A stretch of DNA of 63,976 bases, filler included, from Saprolegnia diclina VS20 (taxonomy: Eukaryota): the NCBI RefSeq assembly GCF_000281045.1. It is 4 parts of 2 records of this genome, joined end to end, with 100 filler letters (N's around TTAATTAATTAA, not from the genome) between each part and the next. Parts side by side here need not be neighbours in the genome. Positions count along the whole stretch, not along the records: positions 1 to 18,260 come from NW_008246092.1; positions 18,361 to 49,165 come from NW_008246092.1; 2 more parts are not named here. The stretch is one strand, 5' to 3'. Within the stretch, counting starts at the first letter, position 1. The number at the start of each line of letters is the position of its first letter. The notes beneath the pieces are model-generated. The model made no database searches. It saw only the letters and a program-made list of their open reading frames with translations, and was not told the DNA's origin. Made by a program: the position numbers and the translations under genes. Of this stretch, positions 11,698-23,358 are shown piece by piece.

Positions 11698-12035
11698 NNN
11701 NNNNNNNNNNNNNNNNNNNNNNNNNNNNNNNNNNNNNNNNNNNNNNNNNNNNNNNNNNNNNNNNNNNNNNNNNNNNNNNNNNNNNNNNNNNNNNNNNNNN
11801 NNNNNNNNNNNNNNNNNNNNNNNNNNNNNNNNNNNNNNNNNNNNNNNNNNNNNNNNNNNNNNNNNNNNNNNNNNNNNNNNNNNNNNNNNNNNNNNNNNNN
11901 GCTCATGGTTTTTTGGTCCTGCCACTTGTCCAAGCGCAGCATTTAGCCCTCCACTCCCATGCGAAAACTCAAGACCAAAAACAAATTCCTCTTCGTGCAT
12001 ACCCGTATCGTACAGGCACTTCAACAAGCGGGCCT

Positions 12036-15000
12036 CTACGGGTCACTGCCCGTCGTGTAGCAGAGCCGACAGACTCGCACCATTTCGTAGTAGCCAAATT
12101 CGGGCAGCTGCATGCGCTGGTTCGTGCAACTACACAATCGTATACATACATGAGAAGGACCGATCGGATTTCGTTGGGACAAACCGGCCGCAAAAGACGT
12201 AGCCGCAGCACCGGCAGTGGTGCCGGCTGCGGTAGACCGCGATGAACTTTTTCTTGCAGCGTTTGCAGGCCGCGGCGTCACTATCGAGCTCCCACACGGG
12301 CTGCGAGTTGAAGCTCGTGATCGTCGGCCGCGCCATGACGCTCGGCGAGTTGGCAAACGCCGGCGATGACGCCGCACGCGCGTTGCGTCCGTTGACGCCC
12401 GAGAGGCTCCGGTGCGTGCCAAAGTCGGTCATTGCAAGGAGGGCGACGCGCCGCGTCGTGTTGGACGACGTGTTGACGAGGTGCGCGGACGTCATTGTCG
12501 CACGGTTCGTCACCGAGAGCGGCGGCGAGAGCACCATGGGCGACACCATCGGCTCGGCGTCGTCATTCACCGACACGATCTCACACGGCGTGTTGAATGT
12601 TTCAAAGCGAAGCCTACGTCATCATGCATGCGTCACTGTGACAGAGCCAAACGTACGTTTGCATGCGGCGGTGTGCGGCATCGTCCATGCTGCGCGCGAG
12701 TAGCTGGAGGTCGTCGAGTTGGCGTTCAAGCTCCTGAACCTCACTCTTGAGGGACGAGATCCCAGAGTCGCTGATGGTCGACGGTGCTTTTCCGAGCAAG
12801 TTGGCAAAGCTATGGCGCTTCTTGAGACTGTTGCTTCGGGCGCGACCCGTGGGCAGGTCGAACGAGACGGACGAGGACGACGAGGACGACGACGTTAGTG
12901 GCACAGTGTTGCCGCTGGCGGCCGTTGGACTCAGAGCGCTGCTCACGCGACGTAGCAAGATCGACGTCTTGGCGGCCGGGTTGCCCGGCAGGGAGATGCT
13001 CTCTGGGATCTCTTTCGAGATGGAAATGAGGCGGTGGAGCTGCTGGATCTCGTTGCGCAGCTGCAAGATGCGCAAGCTCATCGTCTGTTCCGACGAGAGC
13101 ATGCCTGTCAAGCGCGAGAGCTGGTGATCCTGCGTCCGGATCATCGCGAGCATCTCCATTTCACGCTGCTGGAGTCGCATGTGACTAATGGCCTAGGTCA
13201 TCGAGCTTTGTTGGTATTGACAATGAGTTTGCGTGTTGTACCTTCTGGTACTGGCTCGTCCAGAGCTGCATGAGGCGGACCTTGCTCACAGGAATCATTG
13301 GATCGTGACGCTCCGAGTTGAAGAGCGGGTTGAGGTAGCTCTCAGTAGACGCACGCACCGCGTCCCACACGCTCACAGTCGCCACGGTGTCCAAGAACGC
13401 GCGGCGCTCCTTCTCCGAGTTTTTCTGGAACGTGCCAAACCTGCCAACAATCGTAACATGACAATAGGAAGAATATTGCAGTATACCAAGAGGTGTAGAC
13501 GGCGTCCGCGACCGTAGCCAGAAACATCTCGTTGAATTGAAAGTGCGTCGGGAACTGGAGCGTGAGCTGGTAGACCGCATCGAGAAACTGGAGAAAAACC
13601 GGCGACGTGTCGTCCGACGTGGGGAACGCACAGCGCTTGGCAAACATGTGCCCAAAGCTGCACCAGTCCTTTTCAACGAGGATCGCAAAGCCCTCGAGCG
13701 TCCGGTAGTACGGGTCGAGCATGATTTGCGCAAGGGCGCTGAGCTGCGACGTGCGGTCCCAGCCGTCGCTGCAGTGGACGAGGACTGCGTCGCCACGCTC
13801 GAGGTGCGACGCCACCTCGGTCGCGCCTTGGAGAATGCTCGTAATATGCTCGAGCCACCTGCATGACGTCTGTATCAGTGCATGATCCTGATAATTTGAT
13901 ACAAGACCGGCTTTTTTGGAGCGTGCTAAAGAACGTCGTGTCGTCGACTTGGTACAAGGCTTGACTGAGCACGTTGAACGACGTGCGCACGACGTGGATG
14001 TTGTCGATGCCCATAAACGCAATCGCTACGGCGCTTTGAGCTCAATACCGAGCCGTTTTGAGTTGAGATAGTACATACAAGCACAGGCAACGCCGTCCCG
14101 GTCGTAATGCTTGGCCGACTCGTGGCCTTTGCCTGCGAGTGCATTGCTCTTGGCGTTGATTTCCGGACGCGCGTCGACGATGTGCACGACGGCCGACGCT
14201 TTTGGGCGCCCAAGGTCGTCCGTCGGAGCATACGCAGCGTCGCGGATCGCCCACATGAGCTCGCGGTCTTCCTTGTTGTTCATGCGCAGGACGCCCGACT
14301 TTGGCTGGCTGGACCGGCACAGCGGCGCGCCCGTGCGCGGGTGCAGCCACGTTAACACGGGGAGGCGGCGCTTGGAGCGGAACTTGGCCGCCTCGGTCAG
14401 TGCATCGTCCGACATGGACGTTGGCACAAAGAGGGTGCTTGGGTACGTCGGGCAGAGCTCGTACGACGCATTGAGCTCCGTCTCGCGCCACGCCGGGTGA
14501 CTCGTCGCGCCAATGCGGCCAAACTCGACACTCGGCACGTACCGAATGCGTCGGCGCCCCGAGATGGCCGAGCCCGTCGGGCTTAGCATCGTGCCGCGAA
14601 CGTCTGCCGAGTAGCTCGAACGCCTATCCTCGCATGACTTGGTACGATGGATATTTGAAGATGATCGTACTGCGTCGAGTCGCTGAGCAGATGCTGACGC
14701 GGGCTCATAGGGCACGCGACACCGTCTAGTCGTTGAGGTAGAAAATTCGATAGCGCATTGCATCGCACCTGCGTCGTGGGAGAGGATGGTATGGTTGAGG
14801 TCCGTGAAAGCGCAAAAGTTGTTTTCCGCTTGGAGCCACTCGATCTCGGTGACGATCTGGCCCAGCGTCTTGATGCGCTTGGCCTCCATGTCCTTGTCGC
14901 CTTCGCCGTACCGCGCCGAGGCTGAGAGCGACACGTGGTAGTACGCCGCATCCTGCACATGTTCTATAGTGTGTTTCGGAGAGCGGTGTAGGTACCATGT

Positions 15001-15907
15001 TTTCGATCACGAGGCCGTGCACAGTGCTGTAGTTGCGCTTGCTCTGGGAGAGCGACGCCTTGTAGATCTTCCCAATCGGAATCGTGTGCACGTCTTCGTG
15101 CGATAAGCCTTGGACCGGGTGGTACGGGATGAACCACAGCCGGAACGTCGAGAGCACCATGAGCGCCAAGACGCCTTGGTTCATCTCAGTCACATGGAAT
15201 GTTAGCGCGACCTCTTCGACCACATACACGATCTTCTCGTTCGACGGCAAGACGCTCTCGTGGAGCCTACGCCCGATTAGAAAAGCAAATCATCGCGAGG
15301 AAGGGCGTACGGATGCCACTTGCGCGGAATTGGCGCGTAGAGATGCTGGAAGCGCGCGTTGTGCGGCGGAAAGACGTCGCGGGCGTCCGTGCGCCGGGCC
15401 TTGTTGAGGAGCACGCGCTCGTCATCCGCGAGGGCAAGCTGCACGAGGATGTGGCCCAGAGGCATCGGCCCTTTGACGAGTTTGCACTTGACGATGGTCG
15501 GCTCGGGCGTGTCTTGGATGGCGCTGAGGCAAATGCGGCACGATGCGAGAAAATCCTTGGTCGCCAGCTCGTCCTTGTCCCAGACTTCGCACTCGATGAA
15601 CGCTAGATGATGCACGATGCGAGGGCGTAAGCCAAAGAAGAAGCGTACCGACAGCAAGGTCCCACGACTCGGAGAGCGGCAGCAGGATCTGCGCGTTCCA
15701 CTCGGGGTTGAGAGTCTTCTTGCAGTGGCTGGTCCGCGCGACCTCCTTTCCCTCGTAGAGCACCTAGGTTCAGCGGTTCCATGAGGTCGGCGGCCAAGGC
15801 GGCATGGCGAGGGCGCGTAGGCAAGCACGTACGCGGACGAAGGGATCGCTGAAGCCGTCGCTGTCGCCAGCCGCAAGGCCCTCGCCGTTGAGGATCGTGA
15901 GCAACAT
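12036..15907 (-). CDS. Myotubularin-related phosphoinositide 3-phosphatase with N-terminal C2, GRAM/PH-like region, coiled coil and C-terminal FYVE domain (multi-exon)
   Basis: Catalytic VHCSDGWDRT (~13751-13780); LCPTYP, FRSKRRLP and EKDWCSFGHMF; C2 motifs DSDGFSDPFV, KKTLNPEWN and EVWDKD; FYVE WELD...CKRC...RHHCRCCG...VRVCRLC. Confidence 0.92.
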
Positions 15908-16232
15908 TTGAGTGCAGCACAGCACGATGTGATGGGCGCCATATCCGGATAGACAGAGGCCACCGTACACTAAATGCACAGTGATAGACGAATGATATAG
16001 TATAGGTGCGTGGTTCGTAAACAGTGTTACCATGGCACCCACTGAGTTTGCACAGCGTTGACCGGACAACACACCAGGGTCGAGAAGAAAGAACGATGCC
16101 GATATATACGTAGAAGTAAGCTTAGACTCGAGGTCTCGCGATTCTTTGTTTGAGTTGCCTTCGTTGCTCGTGTCAAACAACACTATTTACGAAGGTTACG
16201 TTTGTTATCAGATCTAACGGCGGCGAAAGGTC

Positions 16233-17894
16233 ATGATGCGGCTCGCACTGCTCCTGCCAACGACCGTCAGCGGCGGTATATGCATACATAAAGGGCACTA
16301 GCGCTTGATTCGAGCTGCATAGTCTTCTTTTACCCCGATTTCAACGAGACGACGGGCTTGAGCCTCAATGGCAACAGCGCAACGACCAACTGCGTCCGCA
16401 CTCCGATTGTTCGAGACCACAACCTGCTGGCATTAGCCTCATTCTGGCGTAGAGCATGTACAGCGCAACGTACGCTACCAACGATTTGTTGTTTGCCGCG
16501 ATCAACGTATCCCAGGTCCATCGCGTGCTTTGTTCCTTTGAAGTCGTGAACCAGCGTCGACGGTAGACGTTTACGCTTGACCAAGTGCAGTACGAGTCGA
16601 CCGAGACGTCAACTCCGAGCACGACAGCTACGGTTGCCACACAGTCGGCCATGTTTGGCCACCGGGATATATATACACCGTCATTGGCGACGGAATGCCC
16701 CGTGCGACTTCGGTGCGCGTCATAATTCCCTTTGTACTCGACGGCAACAATTGATAGCCTCACGGCGTCTCAGCCGAGCCAAGTGTCCTCGGCGTGGTTC
16801 AACGACCCACTCAATGTACTCGACGGCTTTGAGACGCGGTTCACATTTCAGGCAAAACACATATCACAGCACACATATATATTCTTGCCGTCTAGATTAC
16901 CGACCACTCGAAGCGCTGCCTCGAAGTCAAGGACCAGAATTTCAACACAAAAACATACCAGGTACTCGACGCTTCTCGTAGTATACAGGTTTAATGACGG
17001 ATGCTAGTCGTGCTTTGTGCATGGCGGCGACGGCTTCGCTTTTGTGCTGCACGGCCACCCGAACATGACGAGTGCGCTCGGGCGAGGGGGCATGGGCTGG
17101 CGCGGCATATCCAACTCGATCGCTGTTGTCTTTCACACATGGCCGCAATCGAGCGCCACCGACACCCTCTTTGTTGACCACATGAGGTCGGCCTCGCGAC
17201 CAAAGAGTGACTTCGAATGCATCACTGTAGTGTCTACTTGCAGCCACCAGGAAGCACTGACGCACCAATTGAACTGGCCGTGCCCGTGCCTGTGGACCTC
17301 GCCGATGGTTCGATCCACGTCGTCAAGATCACCTATTACAACACTCTCCCGCTGCAATACTTCAACTACTTTGCTGCCTCGACCAGCATTGTCTCGACGC
17401 TCAAAGACATTTCCGAGTCGCGGCGCGTCGGATGCCTCGTCGTCTTTCTCGACGATGGAATTGCAAACAATGTGCCACTTTTGGCTGTGCCAATCAACGT
17501 GGCCGCAGCGTTGCGCCTTCCTCGCGACTTGGCGTTTGTCGTATGTGGATATGGGAAGCGGGACGAAAAGAACCAAATGGACATAGGGCTTTACAAGTGC
17601 GACGGGCGGCGCTTGGGAGAAACACGATGTACTTGCTTGGTACTACTGCTCCCAGGTAATACCAACCACGATTCTTGTCAAGGCGAATGGACTCTCACTG
17701 TGTGGTAGCCACCGTGTCTGGATGTGAACGGAAGTGTCGTGAGCCTCGAGTTCGACTACGGGACGCAGAGCCTCTTGGCGACGGCATCGTATAGCACGTC
17801 ATTGTACCCGATGTTCATCTTCCCCGACACTCTGCCGTGGGCGAAGCAGCGCCAGTACTTTGCCCCCGGCTCGCCCGTCGGTGTCACGACATGA
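16233..17894 (+). CDS. Secreted L-type (legume-like) lectin domain protein (multi-exon)
   Basis: Short leader; FFYPDFN...LSLNGNS, RLTASQPSQVSSAWF, FETRFTFQ, GGDGFAFVLH, SNSIAVVFHTW and GFTSATG-like motifs across short introns. Stop at 17894. Confidence 0.82.
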
Positions 17895-18304
17895 ATCCAA
17901 TCGAAAATCATTTCTTTATTCATAGTGTTAGCTGCTGTATAGCAAATGCAACATCCCCAAGCACAGCAAAAGCAGCAATGACGGTTGCGTGAACGCACCT
18001 GCGCAAGGGTAGTGTCGGTCCCACTCGTAGCGTGGGCACATGAAGTCGTGGAGGCCGCAGCCCCACGTCCCGCATACGCCGAGGATACTGCAAAGCATGC
18101 GTGCTACGCAAAACCAAATCGATAGAAAGAGATTCCTTCCGAGCCGAGGCAGCGCACCTGAGTTTTCACGACAAAAGTCCTGCGTGATGTAGCTCGACGA
18201 CGAGAGCTCGGTGCACGAACAGTGCGAAGCCTCCATGGCCGCGACGTGAAGCAGGTCGCTNNNNNNNNNNNNNNNNNNNNNNNNNNNNNNNNNNNNNNNN
18301 NNNN

Positions 18305-18316
18305 TTAATTAATTAA
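18305..18316. other. Artificial scaffold linker (TTAATTAATTAA within Ns); also at ~49210 and ~62478
   Basis: An identical 12-mer with stops in all six frames sits inside N runs three times. Confidence 0.95.
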
Positions 18317-18849
18317 NNNNNNNNNNNNNNNNNNNNNNNNNNNNNNNNNNNNNNNNNNNNACTAGTATCCGGACAGTGGAAGCTTTGAATATCCGGACAG
18401 GCTGGAATCCTTAGAGGCTGGTCGGTAAATTTCCTCGGCTGTCCAGTTCCCACTCGCCCCGAAAATAATCGATGACTATTGGCTTATTTTATCCGGTGTC
18501 CGGATATGCATTCGAACTCGTTTGGGGCCATTCCGAGATGACAGTCAGAGTCCCATTTTTCTTCGAACTCGGGTTCCCAAAGTGGCCATGGCCGACTCGC
18601 GGAAGAAGGCAGCCCCGCGCGCGGTGAAGAAGAAGGTATTGAGACCACGAACGAACGAAGAAGTCACCGCCGGCCTCTGACGACCCGCCGCCCTACGATG
18701 ACCTGCCGCCGGCCGACGATGACCTGCCGCCGCCCATCGACGACGTGCCGCAAGCCGACGATGACCTGCCGCCGCCGGCCACTGGCGACCCTCTGCCGAT
18801 CGACGATGACCTGCCGTTGGCTATTGACAACGTGACGTCGAAGGATGGG

Positions 18850-19142
18850 GGTACAGCGGCCACCTTCTTCTCGAACGAGTGCTTTGAGCGCGGGAACTTG
18901 TAGTCGGCCATGTAGTTGCGGAGGACGTCGACGAGGCGATGAAACGATGCCTGGGAGCACCGCAGGTTGTTGATGAACCACTGGTTGAAGCGCGGGTTGT
19001 CGAGCATGTCGTCAAACTCGACCATGTCAATGGTGAGGATGTTGTACTGATCCTCGCGGAGGCTACTTCCCGCCGCAGCGCATGCTACAGCGACGGACGC
19101 GATGGCTGCCCCGACCCCGATTAGGACAGCCGCTTGAGTCAT
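18850..19142 (-). mobile_element. 5' fragment of a PIF/Harbinger-type transposase
   Basis: WFINNLRCSQASFHRLVDVL...SFEKKVA resembles the N-terminal helical region of HARBI1/PIF transposases. No DDE core follows. Confidence 0.55.
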
Positions 19143-19299
19143 TTTCCCGACCTCAAAATATTGCCCCGAAGCGAGTGGGGTCCGGTTAAACGTTATCCGT
19201 ACAAGAAAAAACAGGCGGAAGTTGGAACTGGACAGCAGAGGAAATTTACCGACCAGCCTCTTATGCTCGCCAAAGACATCGGGTTGAAGTCCCAAGGTG

Positions 19300-20900
19300 C
19301 ATCGCGCGTGCTTCGACCAGAAGCAGCGGCACGCTTGTATCCGCAAGGCAGCTCGCATTGGCACCAAGGGCTCGAGCGTCTCGCCCAGTTTTGCGACACG
19401 GCCTCCTTCCAGGAGATGCTCGCGTGGGCCCGCGACAACCCCAAGGAGCCATCTGCCATGATCCTCAACTCCCAAGGTCTGCAAGATTAGGTCCAAAGTG
19501 GGCTCGGCGGTCCCGTTCAGCCCTTTTGAGCGCGCCGCCTCGCGCCAATGCATGCAGGCCGTGCGCAACAAGTACGACGTCTGCTCTCATTTCGTCACTT
19601 TGGCGCCGCCCGAGTTTGAGGATTTGTTTACGCTGCGCGTCGCCACTTTGCGCGTCAAAAAGTGGGCCGCAGAGTCTCGATATCTGCAACAAGATGGGGT
19701 CACTCGTGAGAACCCCCGCGCGAGATCATGGACGCACCCGGTGGTCGCATTCGCCTCACTGGTGGAAACCCGATACTCACTTCTTGCGCAAACAACGCAT
19801 CCTTCTCAACGACGTCATGCGCATTCCCGATACCAAGGCGATGCGCATCAGCCGCAACTCCCGTCTCTGCGTTCAACGCCGTCGTGGAACCGCAGCTCGG
19901 GGGCCGTTTGCACTGGTTCATTACGCTCTACTCGTCGGTGCTGTCGCCAACCTTGATCTCGAGATGTGCGGCGCGCCCTCTGTCTCTCCGCGCTGCTGTG
20001 GCAGCCTATAGGTGCCATCTGCTTCCACCGAACCGACTACGACGCGTTTGTTCAAGCCGCCCAGCGCATTGGCGACGAACACATCTTTCATTCCCAAGCC
20101 GAGTCCTACGCGCATCGCGGCCCCCTCTTTGTCGACTGTACACAGCTCAAGTTTGAGTGCATCGTCGAGCTTGTGTCCAAAAAAGCAACGACGGACCAGG
20201 AACTGTCACGGCCCGAGGGTTCCTTGTCCGTCGTCTTTTTGTTGGACACAAGCTCAACGATGCACTCAAACTCGAGCTGTGTATAGTCGACAAAGAGGGG
20301 GCCGCGATGCGCGTAGGACTCGGCTTGGGAAAGAAAGATGCGTTCGTCGCCAATGACATACGTCGTGGTGCCGCCACCAAACTCGACATCCTTGTCGTTC
20401 GAATCGACTGCGGCAGAAAGCGCTTCGAGGGCCTCCTCAGGCCGTGGCCGCACCGCGCGGGATACGTTTCCGCTTGGCGAAGCTCTACAGCCACTGCGAA
20501 TGCGTCTTGCGCGCAAAGACCAAGACGCCCTGCAAGGACATGGGCGCCGTGGCCAAGTACGTCATGGCTCTGCACACGCTGTGGGACGCAGACAACATGG
20601 ACGTGACGGCCAACCACAACGCCCAGGGGCTCGCCGACCTCTTTGACGCGTGGGACCGCTTCTCCGCGCCGATTTTTTTTCGCCGACGTCTGCGCTTCAT
20701 CCAAATCGTCATGAGCAAGAGCCACCGAAGCGGCGGCAACGAGATCGCATCGAGCCGGTGGCGCGAGCGCAACGCCGACCATTGGCAGGACCTTCGTAGC
20801 ATGCGCTCTGGCAAACTTTTGACGGTCGGCGAATGCGCTGGGCCTCACGATGTGTATGGCGACGACAACAAAGCCGCGGGTCGTCTCGGTGCCTTGGAGC
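19300..20900 (+). mobile_element. Degenerate Helitron/Helentron-like Rep remnant
   Basis: Frameshifted FDQKQRHACIR and GSAVPFSPFERAASRQCMQAV...HFVTLAPPE resemble the Helitron-like N-terminal Rep region. Multiple stops and frameshifts; no helicase motifs are visible. Confidence 0.5.
20067..20355. repeat. Long near-perfect inverted repeat (~135-bp arms, ~15-nt loop)
   Basis: cattggcgacgaac...ggaccaggaac is mirrored by gttccttgtcc...gttcgtcgccaatg. Confidence 0.95.
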
Positions 20901-21339
20901 TGCGGGATCTTACAAATGCTGCTGGCGCCATGAACGCAGCGACGACCGCTGCGTTTGCTACGCTACGCCCCTCTCGTTCACCTTTGACCGCAAGCGTCTC
21001 CAAGCTCTGCGACCCACCATTACGGCGGGGCAGTGGCGCATGGCCATTGGCGGGTACTCGCACTCGAGGAACGACGCGCGCAGCATTGACCCAAACGCGC
21101 ACCTCCCCAAAGCCGCGCTGGCCAAGGACAAGAAGAAACGCGCGGCCAAGGCATCCATCGACCCGCACAAGCGCCCGTGCACCAACATGAAGCCCGAAAC
21201 ACCTCAAGACATGCGCAAGACCAACAAGGGCAAGAGCAAGAAAAAGCTGCAAAGGCAAAGACCACAAAGTCACCCGCCAAGCGGTCGCATCCAGACTTCG
21301 ACGCGCCCGAGCCCGAGCCCAAGAAGAAGACACACCTCG

Positions 21340-21490
21340 CCCCACATGTCCACCAACACGAATGACGTCAACCCCTTTACGCGCGACGATGCTGCCGCCC
21401 TACTCTTTGACGAACTCTCTTCGTGAGAAGGGCAGCAGCGTCGTCGCGCGTAAAGGGGTTGACGTTATTCGTGTTGGTGGACATGTGGGG
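21340..21490. repeat. Inverted repeat (~60-bp arms, ~30-nt loop)
   Basis: ccccacatgtccaccaacacgaatgacgtcaacccctttacgcgcgacga is mirrored by tcgtcgcgcgtaaaggggttgacgttattcgtgttggtggacatgtgggg. Confidence 0.95.
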
Positions 21491-21669
21491 GGAGGTGGGA
21501 GTAAAGCTACATGCCAAACCATGACGAGACGTCGGCGTCGCTCCAACCCGGCGCGTACATCAACGACGCCACGATCCAGCTCCTCATCAAGTTGACCAAC
21601 CAAAAGCACAGCGTTGGCGACGACACGGTTGGTTACATCGTGCCACATCACTCCCAAAGCTACTTGGAG

Positions 21670-23358
21670 GAATAATATTAGTTCTGAGCGTTTTTTGATT
21701 GAATCCTGAGCGTCTCATTTTTGAGGGATTCCTGAGCGGATTTTGAGGGGCATACCCGTTCTAAAAAACGATTCCATAAGGGTCGATTCAGAGTAACTCT
21801 TGGCAGCGGCTTTTTGAGAAAAATGAATTTCTCGGCCAATCAGAGGCCGTTCCAGCGCATCTCGATTTTTGGTTTTGAAAAGACCTAGGCGAGGTGTTTT
21901 GGGGCGTTTTGGCGCTTTTCAGCGCGATTTGGGGTCCCCGGAGTCGCTGCAGCAGAAAAGTAGCAAGTCAGAGTAAAATGTATGATCCATTTTGATTGGC
22001 TAGATCGACAACAAATATTCATTGGTGAGCATGGCTTGCCCCAGGGCGCCTCGTCAAGCCGCCGTTAGACCGAGCCGTCGTCGTGCGTGCTGTCGATGCC
22101 GTCACACGAGATAGGTGTACTGCACTCTGCAAGCGTAGAGCCACGAGCTTAACAATCGCAGCACTGACTTGCATCTCTGGGCCCGGAACGAGCGGGATCT
22201 AGCATCGCATCAGGGCTACGGCTATGCCTGACGTCTCGTTGGCGATAGCACTGAGCATGACGCGCGCCAAGCGCCCGCCATAGCGATACCCGTAGTCGCT
22301 ATTACAGCTGGAGGGTGGATCTATCTATGCGGATGCGTCCACCACCCTGCCCAAGGTGAAGCGCTCTTGAACAGGCGTGTCGTCGCCGCCACGTCGCCGC
22401 GCCGCACGCATGCTCATCATCCCTTCAAGCGCGCCCAACCACCGAGTATAAAACGGAATGTTTCTTAAAGCTGATTTAAACAGCTACTAGAATATCCGTG
22501 AATAACTATGGTTCTGTTTCATTCATCAAGGTGCAACACTGCTATAAACTGTATTAAACTCCAATATTGGCACCTCAATATGGCGCCTCGGCCTCTTGTC
22601 CTGGTCGCTCGATTTTCAGCCAATGAAAAAAATACTTTGAAACAGCCAATCCATGTGAGCTAAATCTGAATTTCTACCAATAACATGCGTCAGAGCTTGT
22701 GTGATCCGACAGCCGCTGACCTGGAGGAAATCTCAAACTGGCCAATCAGCGATGGGAAACGCCATCTGTTGGTCTCCAGCCGAGAGCCGCACCTCACTGT
22801 CTCGGAGTCGCTGTAAGTTACTCTGCACAGCATCTGGCGATTTCAAAAGCCGCTGGCCCAAAGTTACTCTGAATCGACCCTAAGGGATGACCTGTGAGTG
22901 GGTTTTTGGGACAAACCTTCACTAATGCGAGCGACGACAGAGCATCGGCCCAGAAAAGTCTGCCCACCGCAGCGAAGCGGAGGTTGGGTGTTGACTTTTG
23001 TGCAGGCCGTGCCTTGGCGAGGAGCGAGCCCCCGTCTTTCGCGTAAAAAGGGCTTTATTGTAGAAAGGACGCCCAGGTGGAGGCGGGTAGGCCCGTAGGG
23101 CCGCGCCGACCCTGGTGCGTAAAAACACCCTCGAGACCGAAAATATTGGTTTGTCCCGAAAATGGGATCTGGGCAAAACCTGTAAATACATCAGGATTTC
23201 AAAACGGTTTGAACCGCTCAGATGTCATCCGTTTTGCAGTTAGTAGCTCGGCTAGCCGATCAAAAACCGCTCAAAATGGTCGAGATCCGCTCAGATACCC
23301 TCCATTTCCCAGACGCTCAGAATTCATCCAAAAAACGCTCACCAATAATCCGCACCCC
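21670..23358. mobile_element. Non-autonomous Mutator-like element with long imperfect TIRs and a 9-11-bp TSD
   Basis: Direct repeat ctacttggagg at 21660-21670 and 23358-23368. tgagcgttttttg..gaat.ctgagcgtct...ctgagcggat (21685-21745) is inverted at about 23280-23342. Confidence 0.75.
21780..22880. mobile_element. Non-autonomous PIF/Harbinger element (1101 bp) nested in the Mutator-like element
   Basis: TIR GGGTCGATTCAGAGTAACT / AGTTACTCTGAATCGACCC, extending imperfectly to ~40 bp. TAA TSD at 21777-21779 and 22881-22883. Confidence 0.88.

Noticed and set aside
17920..18260. Cys-rich minus-strand ORF pieces before the linker
   Set aside because: Possibly a gene 3' end, but too short and ambiguous in frame to call.
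18305..18316. TTAATTAATTAA islands inside N runs (also ~49210 and ~62478)
   Set aside because: Assembly linkers with six-frame stops, not biological sequence.
22900..23162. Short inverted repeat (ttttgggacaaacc / ggtttgtcccgaaaa) as another nested MITE
   Set aside because: Only ~14 bp with no convincing TSD; it may be internal structure of the Mutator-like element.
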